DNA from: Octopus bimaculoides
Lineage: Eukaryota
Direction of reading: 5' to 3'
Assembly: GCF_001194135.2 (NCBI RefSeq)
Contig: NC_068982.1
Span: 72,417,260 to 72,479,680 of the forward strand
Length of the DNA: 62,421 bases
Shown here: piece after piece, positions 1-13,410 of the stretch
Numbering within the stretch: the first letter of the stretch is position 1
How the letters are laid out: the number at the start of each line of letters is the position of its first letter
Position numbers and translations under genes: made by a program
The notes under the pieces: generated by a model
The model's input: the letters and a program-made list of their open reading frames with translations, nothing else
Databases searched by the model: none
What the model was told of the DNA's origin: nothing

Positions 1-340
1 GCACATAAGATGTACCATCTTGAGCGTGAGCGTTGCCAGTACCGCCTGACTGGCCTTTGTAGGGTTTTCGAGCGAGATCGTTGCCAGTGCCCCTGGACTG
101 GCTCTTGTGCGGGTGGCACATAAAATACACCATTTCGAGCGTGGCAGTTTTCGTGCGGGTGACACGTAAAAACACCCACTACACTCTCTGAGTGGTTGGC
201 GTTAGGAAGGGCATCCAGCTGTAGAAACTCTGCCAAATTAGATTGGAGCCTGGTGTTGCCATCCGGTTTCACCAGTCCTCAATCAAATCGTCCAACCCAT
301 GCTAGCATGGAAAGCGGACGTTAAACGATGATGTTGATGC
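1..340 (+). mobile_element. RTE 3'UTR copy with internal tandem modules and (GAT)n tail
   Basis: Same modules and terminus (GGAAGGGCATCCAGCTGTAGAAAC...CCAACCCATGCTAGCATGGAAAGCGGACGTTAAAC-GATGAT) as 52349-52869. Confidence 0.85.
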
Positions 341-414
341 CTTTAGTCGAATGAATTATTATTGTTACTGTTATTATTATTATTGTTGTTGTTGTTGTTG
401 TTGCTGTTATTATT

Positions 415-630
415 AAGGTGGCGAGTTGGCAGAATCAGTAGCACGCCGGGCAAAATGCTTAGCGGTATTTCATCTGCCTCTACATTCTGAGTTCAAATTC
501 CCCCGATGTTGACTTGGCCTTTCATTCTTTCGAAAAATTAAGTACTAGTGAAACACTAACGTAATCAACTAGTCCCCTCCTCACAAATTTCAGGCATTTT
601 GCCTATAGCAGAAAAGATTATTATTAGAGT
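415..630 (+). mobile_element. SINE family B (AAGGYGGYGAGYTGGCAGAAT head, (ATT)n tail)
   Basis: Recurrent unit of about 215 bp with a GAGTTCAAATTC B-box-like motif. Further single copies lie at about 21845-22050(+), 28245-28460(-), 37801-38028(+) and 60618-60830(-). Confidence 0.8.
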
Positions 631-957
631 GTGACTGTTATCGAATGAACAATATTTTGACATTTCGTGTGTCTTACACAAGTTTTAAATAATCATTTCA
701 ATTTTCTTCAGTTTGGTAATATTTTGAACTTGTGGAAAAGTGTTGAAATAGTGTTCATTCGATAACAGTCTCACTCTTCTTAGTGTTTTTTTACCTTCTG
801 GAGGAGTAACATCAATCCTTTATTATTATTATTATTATTGTTATTATTATAAAAAATAATTCCATGAGCATGTGGAATTGTTACCACAATGGGTACTGTG
901 CTTAGCGATATTTTTTCTTGCCCTCAATGGTCTGAGTTCAAATTCCATCAAGGTTAG

Positions 958-1245
958 ATCATCATCGTTTAACGTCTGCTTTCTATGCTAGCATGGGTTG
1001 GATGATTTGACTGAGGACTGGTGAAACCCGATGGCTACACCAGGCTCCAATCTGATTTAGCAGAGTTTCTACAGCTGGATGCCCTTCCTAACGCCAACCA
1101 CTCCGAGAGTGTAGTGGATGCTTTTACGTGCCACCCGGCATGAAGGCCAGTCAGGAGGTACTGGCAACAGCCACGCTCAAAATGGTGTATTTTATGTGCC
1201 ACCCGCACAAGAGCCAGTCCAGGGGCACTGGCAATGATCTCGCGG
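958..1245 (-). mobile_element. RTE 3'UTR copy
   Basis: Reverse complement of the same terminal module, with an ATCATCATC tail at about 958-967. Confidence 0.85.
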
Positions 1246-3129
1246 TATTAATGGATGTTTAACTGAGAGTTGTTTATCAATTTTGACTACTGACAAAGTT
1301 GATTGAGGTGTGTGGGTATTTCTGTGTATTTGGTGGGGAGGTGATAGAAAGAGAAGAACGAATGGCAGTTAGAAGGATATGGAGGTGTGTGTATGGTGAT
1401 GTTAGACTTATTTTGCTATTTGAGTATGCAGATGTCAAGATGAGTAGTACAGTTCTTTGGTTTGACCTTATTCACAGTAGGTCCCTCCTCAATTAATTCA
1501 GAAGTAGTCGGATCAGTAGGTGCAGCCATCACAACCATTCAGTTATTGGAGTTCATTGCCTGAGGTGACAAATACTTTCTTAAAATATATATAAAATTTC
1601 AAATCAACTCTTGTAAGTCTCTTCTTTAATATAATATGGACTTTAAATATAATATGAGCCAGGCTCTTTGCTTTGCTTCCCCCTTTCATCATTACTTTCT
1701 GCCCTGAAAATAAGCCTATCTTGTCTTTTCATGATCATTTTATATTTCATTTGATGAAAGCTTTTAGCTTCTTGAAGATCCATATATCTCGTACTTCTCA
1801 TAAATTCGTATATTTCACCTCATGAAAGTTATGCAGTTCACTCATTCGTCATGATGGCTACCACTTCTACTGGCCAGTTCCAAACTTCCAGTTGTTGCCC
1901 CATACAAATATTTCAACACGTCTGCTTTGTTTCTCATTTGCTGTTCTCTGGGCTATTACAATCATACTCCCCTGTGTTAAATGATAAGAAATGTTCAGAT
2001 AAGCTCAAATTTGTTTTCCTTGTTTCTTATTTATGTCATTCTATTAAATCATACTTGCATTTCACCACATTACATCGTGTTTAATTTAATTTCATGTTGG
2101 GGCACTGCCTTAAAGAATTTTTACTCAGATGCATTGACCCCAGTACTTATTTTTTAAGGCCTAATACTTATTCTATTGTTTTTTGTTTTTTCTGAACCAC
2201 TAAATTACAGGGATGAAAACACACCAGCACCAGTTATCAAGCAGTGGGACGGGAGCACAAACAGATATACATACACACACATATATATAATCATGGTCTT
2301 CTTTCAATTTCCATCTACCAGATCCACTCACAAGGCTTTGGTCAGTCTGGGGATATAGTAAAAGACACTTGCTCAGGGTGTAATGCATTAGGACTGAACT
2401 CAGAACTACGTTCTTACCACACAGCCATGCCTTTCTCATGATAATTTGCATATCTTGTCCAATGAAAGTTGTTTTGCTTGATGAAATATCTTGTCTTTCT
2501 CATAAATTTGCATATTTTGTCTCATAAAAGTTATCCGCCTTGCTTGCCCACACTGTGCCCACCCATTCCCCACTACCTCACCTACATCAGCACCCTGTCA
2601 ACGACAGTGATATAAAAGGCTTAGCTAACACCCGTTGGTCAGAAATGTAAGTGAATTATGGATACTTACCAGTTAAGTAATCACTTATTTACATTTTGTA
2701 TAAACAATGGTTGTGTACTACACCCTTTCTCTGGTAGATGCAGCAAGTGTGAAGCGAATGAATAATGGCAAATTAAATGTGGGAGTAAACTGATATGATA
2801 TGCCTGCAGGCAAGCATCCATGCAAACCTTTTCAGGTGCTGAATGCTGTCCATCACCCCAATGTTTCTGTTCACTTTTGTCACTACATCTGCAGCCTTTG
2901 AGTTTGTACATTGAGAGATAGGTCTAGTGAGATTGTTGAGGTGCTACAACTGAGTCGTATGTGTGTTGCCCTCAAGAAATAAGGTGGAAGGGAGCCTAAG
3001 CAAGGTTGTTCACAAAGAATGTAGGTGTAAAATCTCTTTTGAAGCCAATAATGATGGGGTAGGGTATGGGCATATTTTTAACTGAGAAATGGGTGGCTAA
3101 GGTGATTGAGGTAATCAGAGTGTGTGATA

Positions 3130-4900
3130 GGATACTTATGCTTATACTAGTCTTGCAAAGTAGAACAGCAACTATTATTTCTGTCTATGCTTCTCAATTG
3201 GGACTGTGAAATAACAAAACGATTGATTTTATGATACCTTTTAAGTGTCTTTTTCATATGTGCATGGCAACTATGGGAATTAGTTCCTGAAATGAGGAGG
3301 GAACGGCTATTGGAGTTTTGCGATGCAAATGATTTAATGATCTGCAACACTAACTTCAGGAAACCAGCCAGTTACTTGATCACCTATCACTCTGGTGGCC
3401 ACACAAGCCAGATTGACAATATACCCACAGAAAGCAGGATAGGTAATTGTTCATAAGTGTAAAGACCTTCTCCAAGTATTCCTCAACATAGGTTAGTCAT
3501 TAGCAAACCAGGCTGGAAATGCAAGATGTGGAAGCTTTGAATAGTCAGAGATTTAGAGATGTCTTAATTGAAGCATTTGTGGAAGAGGAGGAAAGGAGAG
3601 AAAAACATATAATGTAGAAGACAACTTGAAGTTCCTATGGGACAACTCAATGAGGGCCACAGATCAAATTTGTGGCTGGTGTAAAGTCCAAACCAAATCT
3701 AGTGTGATATGGTTATAGAACAGTGTAGTAGATTGAGCTATAAGCACAAAGAAGGCCTGAAAGAGTTGAAGTAGTAGAGAACAATGTCAGGTAGCTAAAG
3801 AGAAGCTTGACAATAGGTATATTTAATTAGGGAAGAAGCAGGAAGGAAGAAGTTTGCCAATGTTCTGCAATGTGAAGACCAGAGGCTTGAGGCATTCAAG
3901 ACTGCAAGACAACGTGTCACAGAAAATTGTGATGTAGGAGAGAAATGTGTTTGGATGGATGATGATACACCTACACTTAAGGATTCTGCCAAAAAGGAAG
4001 CATGGATGAAAGGCTGCTTAATCTAGAGAATACACGAGAGGAGAGTTTTCCTAATGTGGACCCAACTGAGGGACCAGCTATTTGAATTTGCAGCAGTATA
4101 ATAGATAAAGCAATTAAGGATATGGAGACAGGGAAAGCCCCTGGCCCATCAAGAATTATGGCTGAGATGCTTGAAATAACTGGCAGAGTGAGATATAGCC
4201 TAGCCATCCGTTTAGTAAATCAGATTGTCCAGGAAGGGGTCATATCCAGTGATTGGTGTAGCAGCATTATTGTCAACCGCTACAACAATGAAGACGATGC
4301 CTTAGAAGTAATTACAGAGATATCATATTGCAGGACCAGGTCATGAAAGTTATGAGTGGCTGGTGCTAGTTGTCCAAGCCACTTACAGGGATGCTGTCAA
4401 TAAGGTGAAAGTCAGCAATGGGTATGGCAATGAATTTAGTGTGCAGGTAGTTCACAAAGGCTGAGTTCTCAGCCTTCTCTTGTTTATCATAGACCTCCTG
4501 GCCCTGACAGAGGAATTTAAGGCTGATTGCCTATGGGAGCTTCTTTATACTGATGATCTTGTTCTTATAGCTAAATTTCTAGTAGAATTAGGGAAGAAAT
4601 TTCAGGTGTGGAAGCTGGTACTAGAATGGAAGGGTCTTAGAGTTAAATTAGGAAGGAACAAAATACTAGTAAGCATAAAACCAGACAAATTACTAAGCCT
4701 TTCAAGGAAATGGCCCTGCTTGATATGTTCAAAAGATGTGGGTAGAAATTCCATACAGGGTACCCAGTACAAACTATGGATACATAAGAGGTGCAGTAGA
4801 ATCACAGAAAGGAGTCTTAGTGTGTGACAGATGTGCAAGAACAATAAGCACTAAGAATACACAGGAAATAGATTTCCTCAAATGCCTATAGGGATTCTTA
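3130..4900 (+). mobile_element. Decayed RTE-clade LINE (end of APE domain, RT, PHD-like finger), internally deleted
   Basis: Broken frames give RLLEFCDANDLMICNTNFRKP, GKAPGPS...WCSSIIV, LLYTDDLVL (YADD box) and WPCLICSKDVGRNSI...WIHKRCS, with many stops and frameshifts. Confidence 0.85.
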
Positions 4901-4920
4901 GAGGTTACCTAGGAGGCCGA

Positions 4921-5306
4921 GTGGAGGTGCAATGGCCCAGTGGTTAGGGCAGCAGACTCGCGGTCGTAGGATCGTGGTTTCGATTCCCAGACCAGGCATT
5001 GTGAGTGTTTATTGAGCGAAAACACCTAAAAGCTCCACGAGGCTCCGGCAGGGGATGGTGGTGAACCCTGCTGTACTCTTTCACCACAACTTTCTCTCAC
5101 TCTTACTTCCTGTTTCTGTTGTGCCTGCAATTCAAAGGGTCAGCCTTGTCACACTGTGTCACGCCGAATATCCCCAAGAACTACGTTAAGGGTACACGTG
5201 TCTGTGGAGTGCTCAGCCACTTGCACGTTAATTTCACGAGCAGGCTGTTCCGTTGATCGGATCAACTGGAACCCTCGACGTCATAAGCGATGGAGTGCCA
5301 ACAACA
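4921..5306 (+). mobile_element. Young tRNA-derived SINE (family A) with (CAA)n tail, inserted in the RTE fossil
   Basis: A box TGGCCCAGTGG and B-box-like GGTTTCGATTCC. TSD ACCTAGGAGGCC at 4907-4918 and 5307-5318. A near-identical inverted copy lies at 11330-11715. Confidence 0.9.
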
Positions 5307-6279
5307 ACCTAGGAGGCCAAATTGGACATTAAAACAATGATAATGATGATGATGAAAAGCAGGTTGTCCAAAAATAGATGTACAATATACTTTAAAATCT
5401 ATCACATTTATCTCAAAACAAATATGTTGTCACAATAATCATCCTAATCCCTTACTACTGCAATATATATATTTTTTTAAAATTACAGATAATAATCAGC
5501 AAATTGGGAAAAAAAATCAATGGTAACACAGTTTTCTTTGATTGGAAGATCAATTTTTGCCATCGCCATCACTGTGTACTATAACTATTCAGTTTAATGT
5601 ACTTTGACCACACTTGACCATGTACTACACCATAGGAAGATACTGTGGCCTAACATACCTATAGTCCTTTGGCTGAAACAAATAAAAGCAAAATTATACT
5701 CATCTGAATTTCCATAACATTTAATTACCTTAAATCCAAATTGTTTCACCACCACCATTGTTTTAACATCCACTTTGCCATGCTCACATGGTTTGGACAG
5801 ATTTTGCTGAGGCAGATTTACTATGGCCACATGGTCTTCCTGTTGTCTACTGTCATGTTTCCAATTGATAATATTCCCCCATGACTATACATGTTTTCAT
5901 GGAAGATTGGAAACAAAAGAACACTGCTTCTATGAAGGTGACACCCACAACTATCATGGGATATCAAGACAAGAAGACACTATCTCTCTCTCTATCACAC
6001 ATATACATAATGGGTTTCTTTCAGTTTCCACATACCAAATCCACTCACAAGTTATTGGTCAGTCTGGAGCTACAGTAGGATACTTGCTCAAGGTGCCATG
6101 TAGTGGGATTGAACCTGGAACCATATGATTGGAAAACAAGCTTCTTAATCACACAGCCACACTAGCACCATTTGTAAGTAGATACAAATGTTAGGCTAGT
6201 TTAAATACTATTGTGTATAAGACTTGCCCACGACAATAGAACTGAGATCCTAAGACCAAGGCGCCTCATAAAAAACATT

Positions 6280-6480
6280 GGTGTGAGTGCTGGTGCCACA
6301 TAAAAAGCACCAAGTACACTATGTAAAGTGGTTAGCATTAGAAAGGGCATCCAATTGCAGAAACCAAGCCAAAACAGATTATGGAACCTGATGCAGCTTC
6401 TGGCCTAAACAATTCCTGCCAAGCCATTCATCCCATGCCAGCATGGAAAACAGATGTTAAATGTTAATGATGATGATGGT
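6280..6480 (+). mobile_element. Diverged RTE 3'UTR copy
   Basis: GGGCATCCA...CCCATGCCAGCATGGAAAACAGATGTTAAATG-(ATG)n. Similar older copies lie at about 12260-12450, 26770-26870, 41350-41505 and 48640-48810. Confidence 0.7.
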
Positions 6481-7282
6481 ATATGTGCATGTGTGCTGGG
6501 CTTCCATACAGTTTCTGTCTACCCGTTCCACTTACAGGGCACCTGCATATGGTATCACGCACTGGGACTGAATTTGAGACAACATGACAATCACTGAGGT
6601 ATCATGTTCAGGAGCAATGCTGAACTCGCAGCCCCACTCCCAGTTCAGTCATTCTTACAGTTTTCTAACATTTCGTTCTTCCATGGTTTTGAGTGCAAAC
6701 TAAGCTGTGTCACATCCTGATGTCAGTATGACCTCAATGACTTTGTTTGTTAACCTCGCATGTGCACATGTCAAGGCATTGTTATATAAAGAATGCAAAT
6801 GCTAATGTCCTGTACATACCCTGAAACAAAATGCTAATTCATTAGACACAAAACTAGTAAGATGTTATTACAATCAGTGCTTCTGGTAACATTGAAAAGT
6901 ATGGATGTCTTGAATGATCAGTTTGGTTGGTGAAGACTTCAATTAAATGGGAAAGACCACAGCCAAAACGAGGAAAATAATTTGTCATGTTTCAAACAGA
7001 GAAACTATTAGAACATTGATACCTTAAACACTTTCTGGTACTTGTAGTTATTACAACTCATGGTTATTTCTTCCAACTCTGTATCATTACCCACAAACCA
7101 CTATGAAATATAATAATACAGGAATTGTCACAGAGGTAACAATAGATCCAAACGACCCCTTGAGAATGCCTTAAGAATAGTACAACACCCATTATTGGAA
7201 ATCAATGTCTTAGAGGACAGCAAGAACATGTGACCAAATAATTAAAGATCTCAGCAGAATATTTATTTCTATCATTGTTATT

Positions 7283-7732
7283 AAGCTGGTGAACTGACAG
7301 AATAGCTAGCCTGCAGGACAATATGCTTTGTAACATTTTGTATGTCTTTATGTACTGAGTTCAAATTCCACTGAGGTTGATTTTGCTTTTGATCCTTTTG
7401 GGGTCGATGAAATAAGTGCCAGTTCGAACACTAGGGTTGATTTAATTGACTTAGCCCCATCCCCAAACCTGCTGGCCTTGCCAAAATTTGAAACCATTAT
7501 TATTAAAGTGGTGAACTAACAGAATAGTTAGCATGTTGGACATTATGCTTCGCAGCATTTTGTCTGTCTGTATGTTTTGAGTTCAAATTCCGAGGTTGAG
7601 TTTGCCTTTTATCCTTTTGAAGTTGATGCAATAAGTACCACTTGAGTACTGGGGTCAATATAATTGACTAGCTCCCTCCTTACAAATTTCAGGCCTTGTG
7701 CCTCTAGTAGAAGAGATTATTATTATTATATG
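7283..7732 (+). mobile_element. Head-to-tail dimer of SINE family B
   Basis: Two units joined through ATTATTATTA at about 7496-7505. Confidence 0.75.
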
Positions 7733-9709
7733 CCATTATCTGAAGGACAATAAAAGAGCTCACTTGGCAATCATGAATTACCAAAATTAATGTATACTGA
7801 AATGGCTGAATGGGTATGCAGTTTGTTTCATCACCATGTAGCTTCATGTTCAATCCTACTGCATAGCATCTTGGGCAAGTATTTTTTTCTCCTTTACAAT
7901 AGCTTCAAACTGACCAATGTTTTGTAAGTGAAACTGATGGGTGGAAACTGTACTGAAGCCTGTTGTATGTGGTGATTGTTTACATTGTGTATGTCCTTGT
8001 ATGAAATGGAGTACAGGGATGATATCATGTTTACATTCACTGTAAACATGACAGTTCTGCACCTGTTGAGATCAACAGACTAAAACAATCCTTCATTTGA
8101 TAAACAGGCACAGGTTGGTGACAGGAAAGACACACAAGAGTAAGATATTGCCTCAATAAGTCTTTATCTAACCCATGTCAGCATAGAAAAATGGACATAA
8201 ATTAAACAAATGCTTCAAACACAAATTATGCACACACCTTCACCACACTAACTTTATTTATGACTAAATTTTTTTATTTTAAAGTCTTTGGATTTCTATA
8301 TCTTGAATGTTGGAAAATGTTGAATCTTATGAAATTGCCTGAAAAGGAAATTTAAGAGAATGTTTGGTTTTTCATTTCCAAATTTATGGCAGAACGAAAT
8401 AAAGCAAGAACTAGGAAATTGCATTTTTCCTAAATATATCTTGGTTGTTGTACGTCATTACATCATATTATAGAAAGGTAATTGTGTTATTTTCCACTTC
8501 ATGCCATAGTTCACAAATTTTAAAATATCATTTTATCAAATAAATCTTAAAATCTTCACATAATTTGTAAATTATCATTTAATGTCCATGTTCCATGCTA
8601 GCATCAGTTGTAGGGTTTGACAGGATCCATGAGGTTTGAGGATTGTGTCATACCCCATCTAGTGTGACATGGTTTTATATATTGGCATGTCCTACTTAAT
8701 GGCAACTACATTACAATACTTTCTTCATGCCACCAGCACTTGTGAGCTTGCTAGGTTTATGTTAGAAGAGGGGTTAAAGTACAAGAGAAAGGAGAAGTTT
8801 CTTACTGTAGAGGAGTCTTAGAACAACATGATATGTGTGAAAAACCTCTGAGTAATGCAAGTGAGGAGTTATATAAAAATATGTAAGGTGATGTCAATAA
8901 ATGAAAACAAAGAGAAAAGATTGCATAACTTTGCACAAGAGTCTAACGGTTCTATAATATTTCAGGAAAGATTCCTCTTTTCAAACAGAAGAAAGGGAAT
9001 AATTCTCAAATGGCTTGCCAGTAATGATACACTTCTCTGAACTCTTTAATTATTTCCTTTTATCTACTTGAAAAGGGGATTCTTTTCCAAAATATTATAT
9101 GATCATTAAACAACCTAATGTAAGGTAATACAATATTATAGTACTGTAATTTCCTTGAAGCATTGCAATGTGTAAATGATATAATTTCAAGAAGACCTTC
9201 AAGTAATGCCATGAGTGTAAGTATCTATGTGCCTGTGTGGATGTTTATGGCTTTCATGCCAAATGAAAGCACTAAACTAAAAATCAGCTGCACTTGTTCA
9301 TATTACCTGCCAAAAGAAAAGAAAAAGAAAGAAAATTTGTCTGGCTCGGCACTTTTTGAAGATGTGTAGAATAAAAAGTCCCTGGGGAAATAGGCAAAGA
9401 TTAGTGACAGGAAGGGTATCCAGCTGTTAAAAACAATGCCTTGATAATAAGTACTCAACTAACACATGCTAGTATTAAAAAAATTAGCATAATATAAACA
9501 AAATCTAAAATGGCAGTTGATAGATAAATAGTTTTTTGGGGGGAAAAAAAGTAATAACAATAACTGATTGCAGAACTTTGGTTGTTGGTGAAAACCAAAC
9601 TTGAACTTACCTGGATTCAAACTGAGAGCATTACATTACTAAATACAGCGTGTCATTTACCTCTGTTGCTCTACCAATTCGGGCATTCCACTAATAATGG
9701 TTTCAAATT

Positions 9710-10117
9710 TTGGCACAAGGACAGGCAATTTTAGAGGAAAGAGTAAGTCAATTACATTGATCCCTAGTATTTGACTGGTATTTTATTTATAGACTTTGAA
9801 AGGATCAAAGGCAAAGTTGGCTATCTGAAGAACTGGATGCTGTTAAGCACTTTGTCTGACGAGCAAACGACTCAGCCAGCTTGCCACCTTAATAATACTA
9901 ATAATCCTTTCTAAGACTACGAGCACAAGGCCTGAATTTTGGGGGAAGGAGCTAATTGATTACATCAACCCCAGTGCTCAACTGGTACTTTTATTGACCA
10001 CAAAAGAATGAAAGGCAAAGTTTACCTCAGTGGGATTTGAACACAGAATGTAAAGAATCATAAGAACTACAAAGCATATTGTCTGACATGTCAACAATTC
10101 TGCCAGCTTGCTACCTT
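9710..10117 (-). mobile_element. Head-to-tail dimer of SINE family B
   Basis: Two reverse units joined through AATAATACTAATAAT at about 9891-9905. Confidence 0.75.
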
Positions 10118-11070
10118 TATCATCATCATCATCATTTAGCGTCTGTTGTCCATGCTGGCATGGGTTGGATGGTTTGACCAGGGCTGGTAAGCTGAGGGGC
10201 TGCACCAGACTCTAGTCTGATTAGCATGGTTTCTATGGCTGAATGCCTTTCCTAACACCAACCACTCCAAGAGTGTAATGGGTATTTTTTATGTGCCAGG
10301 TGCATGACACCAGTATCTGCCACAACTATGATTTCACTTGGTTTGATGGGTCTTCTACTCAAGCATGGCATGTTATCAAAGGTTTTGGTTGTTTGTCAGT
10401 GCCTCCCTGCGACCCAATGCTCAAAAGGTGCTTGTTATGTGTCTCTGGCACAGATGCTAGTTATGCAACACCAGCATTGGCCACATTGCCTCTGTGAGGC
10501 CCAACACTTAAAAGGTGCTTTTTACATGCCAGTTATGTGACACCACCATTGGCCATGACTATAATCTCACTTGGCTTGATAGTTCCTCTCAAGCACAGCA
10601 TATTGCACATCCAGCAAACACATATCCTTGGCAGCCACAGCCCATGTTTCACTGCTGTGTAGCAAAGCTGTTAGCACACAGGCATCGTACAATCTACCTT
10701 TCATTCTGAGGGAGGTCTGCCAACAAAGGTAGGAGCTCTCTGAACTTTTCCCAGCTTATTCTTATTCTCACAGCATCCACCTCTACTACAAACTTGGCCA
10801 CCAAGATAATGGAAGCTATCAACTAGCTCTAGCTTACCCTACTGACATTTGATGGAGACTATTTTCTGTACAATTTTAGTGTTTATCGTACCTGTGCACC
10901 TTCAACACACAAAAACTATTTCCTCTGTTAATCTTCCTCTGACATTGCTGCACCTCTTATGTGTCCATAGCTTGTAGCAGGTTCATCTTATGGAATTTCT
11001 AACTACACCCTTGCTACAGATCAGGCAAGGCTGTTTACTTGAAGGGATTTGTGATTTGTCTGCTTACCAA
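10118..11070 (-). mobile_element. RTE LINE 3' fragment (PHD-like and post-RT region) joined to the 3'UTR with (GAT)n tail
   Basis: Minus-strand translation gives PCLICSKGVVRNSI...LWTHKRCS and VDSFHYLGGQV, followed by the shared 3'UTR module and an (ATC)n tail on the plus strand. Confidence 0.75.
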
Positions 11071-11329
11071 CTAAGTAAGACTTTGGTTTTTGCTTGGTTA
11101 ACCTTTCAATTCTAGACCTTGCTTCCACACCTGAAATTTCTTATTCCCTGCTGGTATAGGTTGGATGGCTTGATAGAATGTGATGTATGCAAGGACAGCA
11201 TCGAGCTCAAAACTCTGCTTTAGCATGGGTATTATGGTTGGATGTCCTTCCTAATTCCAACCACTTTACAGCATCGACTAGGTGCATTTTTTGTGTCACC
11301 TGCACTATTTAGGCTGCCATTCTGCTAAT

Positions 11330-11715
11330 TGTTGTTGTTGGCACTCCGTCACTTATGACGTCGAGGGTTCCAGTTGATCCGATCAATGGAACAGCTTGCT
11401 TGTGAAATTAACGTACAAGTGGCTGAGCACTCCACAGACACGTGTACCCTTAACGTAGTTCTCGGGGATATTCAGCATGACAGTGTGACAAGGCTGACCC
11501 TTTGAATTACAGGCACAACAGAAACAGGAAGTAAGAGTGAGAGAAAGTTGTGGTGAAAGAGTACAGCAGGGTTCGCCACCATCCCCTGCTGGAGCCTCAT
11601 GGAACTTTTAGGTGTTTTCGCTCAATAAACACTCACAACGCCCGGTCTGGGAATCGAAACCACGATCCTATGACCGCGAGTCCACTGCCCTAACCACTGG
11701 GCCATTGCGCCTCCA
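11330..11715 (-). mobile_element. Young tRNA-derived SINE (family A)
   Basis: Reverse complement of 4921-5306, with 13-bp TSD CCATTCTGCTAAT at 11317-11329 and 11716-11728. Confidence 0.9.
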
Positions 11716-13410
11716 CCATTCTGCTAATAATGGTTTCTTATTTAGGTACAAGGCCAACAACAATTTTTGAAGGTTGGAAGTTGGCTAGTTGATTACATCG
11801 ACACTGAAAGCTAAGTTGATCCTAGTGGGGTCAAGGTGGAACAAATAGAATAAGTCAATTTTTTCTAATACTCTAACAATTCTACCAATCTCACACCCCT
11901 GATGTTCTACAAGTTAGTTAATTAAATCTATACCAGTATATGACTAAGAAGCCTCAATAAGATACAATAAATATATCATAATCCAGGGTAGGGAGCTATG
12001 ACCCCTTCGAAATTATGTTAACATCTTGTAAATTAGAATAGTTACAAGCTATTTACATCTCGTTTTAGTAGGCAACCACATATTTTTGCATTTCACAAAC
12101 ACTGACATGAGCTTTTGAATGCACATTTACACACATCTGAAAATATATTAGACACTGAACCTTTCAGGTGAAATGACAAAGGACTGAAATATCTGGCACC
12201 CGGTTGTACTGAAGAGGTGTATCCTGCAGCAAAAGTGTCAAGACCGATCCTGCTGGTGGCATAAAGCACTAGTGGTGGTGCCATGTAAAAGCACTTGCTA
12301 CACGCAAAAAACTGTTGGTATCAGGAAGGGCATCCAGTTGTAGAAACCATATCAAATCAGACAGGAGCCTGGTGCAACCCCCACCCCCACTTTGGTCAAA
12401 CCATCCAACCCATGCTAGCATGGACAACAGATGTTAAATGATGATGATGAAACATGAAAATATCCTCTCTTTTACTTTTGCATACACACACACACACACA
12501 CACATGAAGATTTGCAACCTAGGTTAAGGTAACACACTCACAATCAATCACTAGGTTATCATCTTGATTCTCAGACTGGGCAGCACAACAATTCATTTCA
12601 CATTACTCCAATCCACTCGGACTGGTATCTTGTTCAAGGAGGATGTTAGAATCTAGGTTACGTAGGAGTTCTAGGACTTGAGACAGAGATGATCAAGGGC
12701 TTACCTTTACCTTTTTTACATAGACACATTTAGCTGAAATTATAATTCCTGCTCAATCAATGTACATACATGGAGAGGTGCAGACATAGGTTTGTGGTTA
12801 AGAACTTTGCTTCTCAATGTGGTTTTAGGTTCAGTCCAATGGCATAATGCCTTAGGCAAATGTCTTCTACTATACCTACTGGCCAACCAAAGCTTTGTGA
12901 ATAGAGTTGGTAGAAGAAAACTGAAAGTCCATCATGTGTGTATATATATGTGTTTGTGTGTGTGTTTGTGTCTTGTCTGGACATCACATAATAGTTGTGA
13001 ATGTATGCCACTGTCATACAAGCAATATCATCTGTTTCCAATATTCTGAGAGAAAATAAGTCTGGTCATGGGGAAATATTACTTTGCTTGGAACAGGCGA
13101 AGGGTTGGCAACATAAAGGGCAACCAGCTACAGACAATGTGCTTCAACAGATTCTGTTCAACCCATGTAGGCATGAAAAAATGGGCATTAAAAATGATGT
13201 GATGATGAGAAAGACACTTGCATAAATCCACAACATACAGACCTACAATGCATACATATATCAATACTAAATGCCCTCATTAATGAAAGCAGTAATTTAG
13301 CACGAAGCTATTTTAATTTATCATCACAATTCCTACAGCCGGTTGCTCAAACCTCACCTGTTCTCAAGCAAGCTAATATTTCCCCATGACCAGACATATT
13401 CTTGCAGAAT

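Noticed and set aside
2660-2911. Isolated GTAAGT donors on the minus strand at about 2669, 9610, 36255 and 49506 as further exons
   Set aside because: No convincing paired acceptor with a recognisable frame. Such hexamers are expected by chance in 62 kb.
4921-4995. Possible tRNA gene (also at 11640-11715)
   Set aside because: It has A/B boxes but continues into a SINE body with tail and TSD, and no complete acceptor stem was seen.
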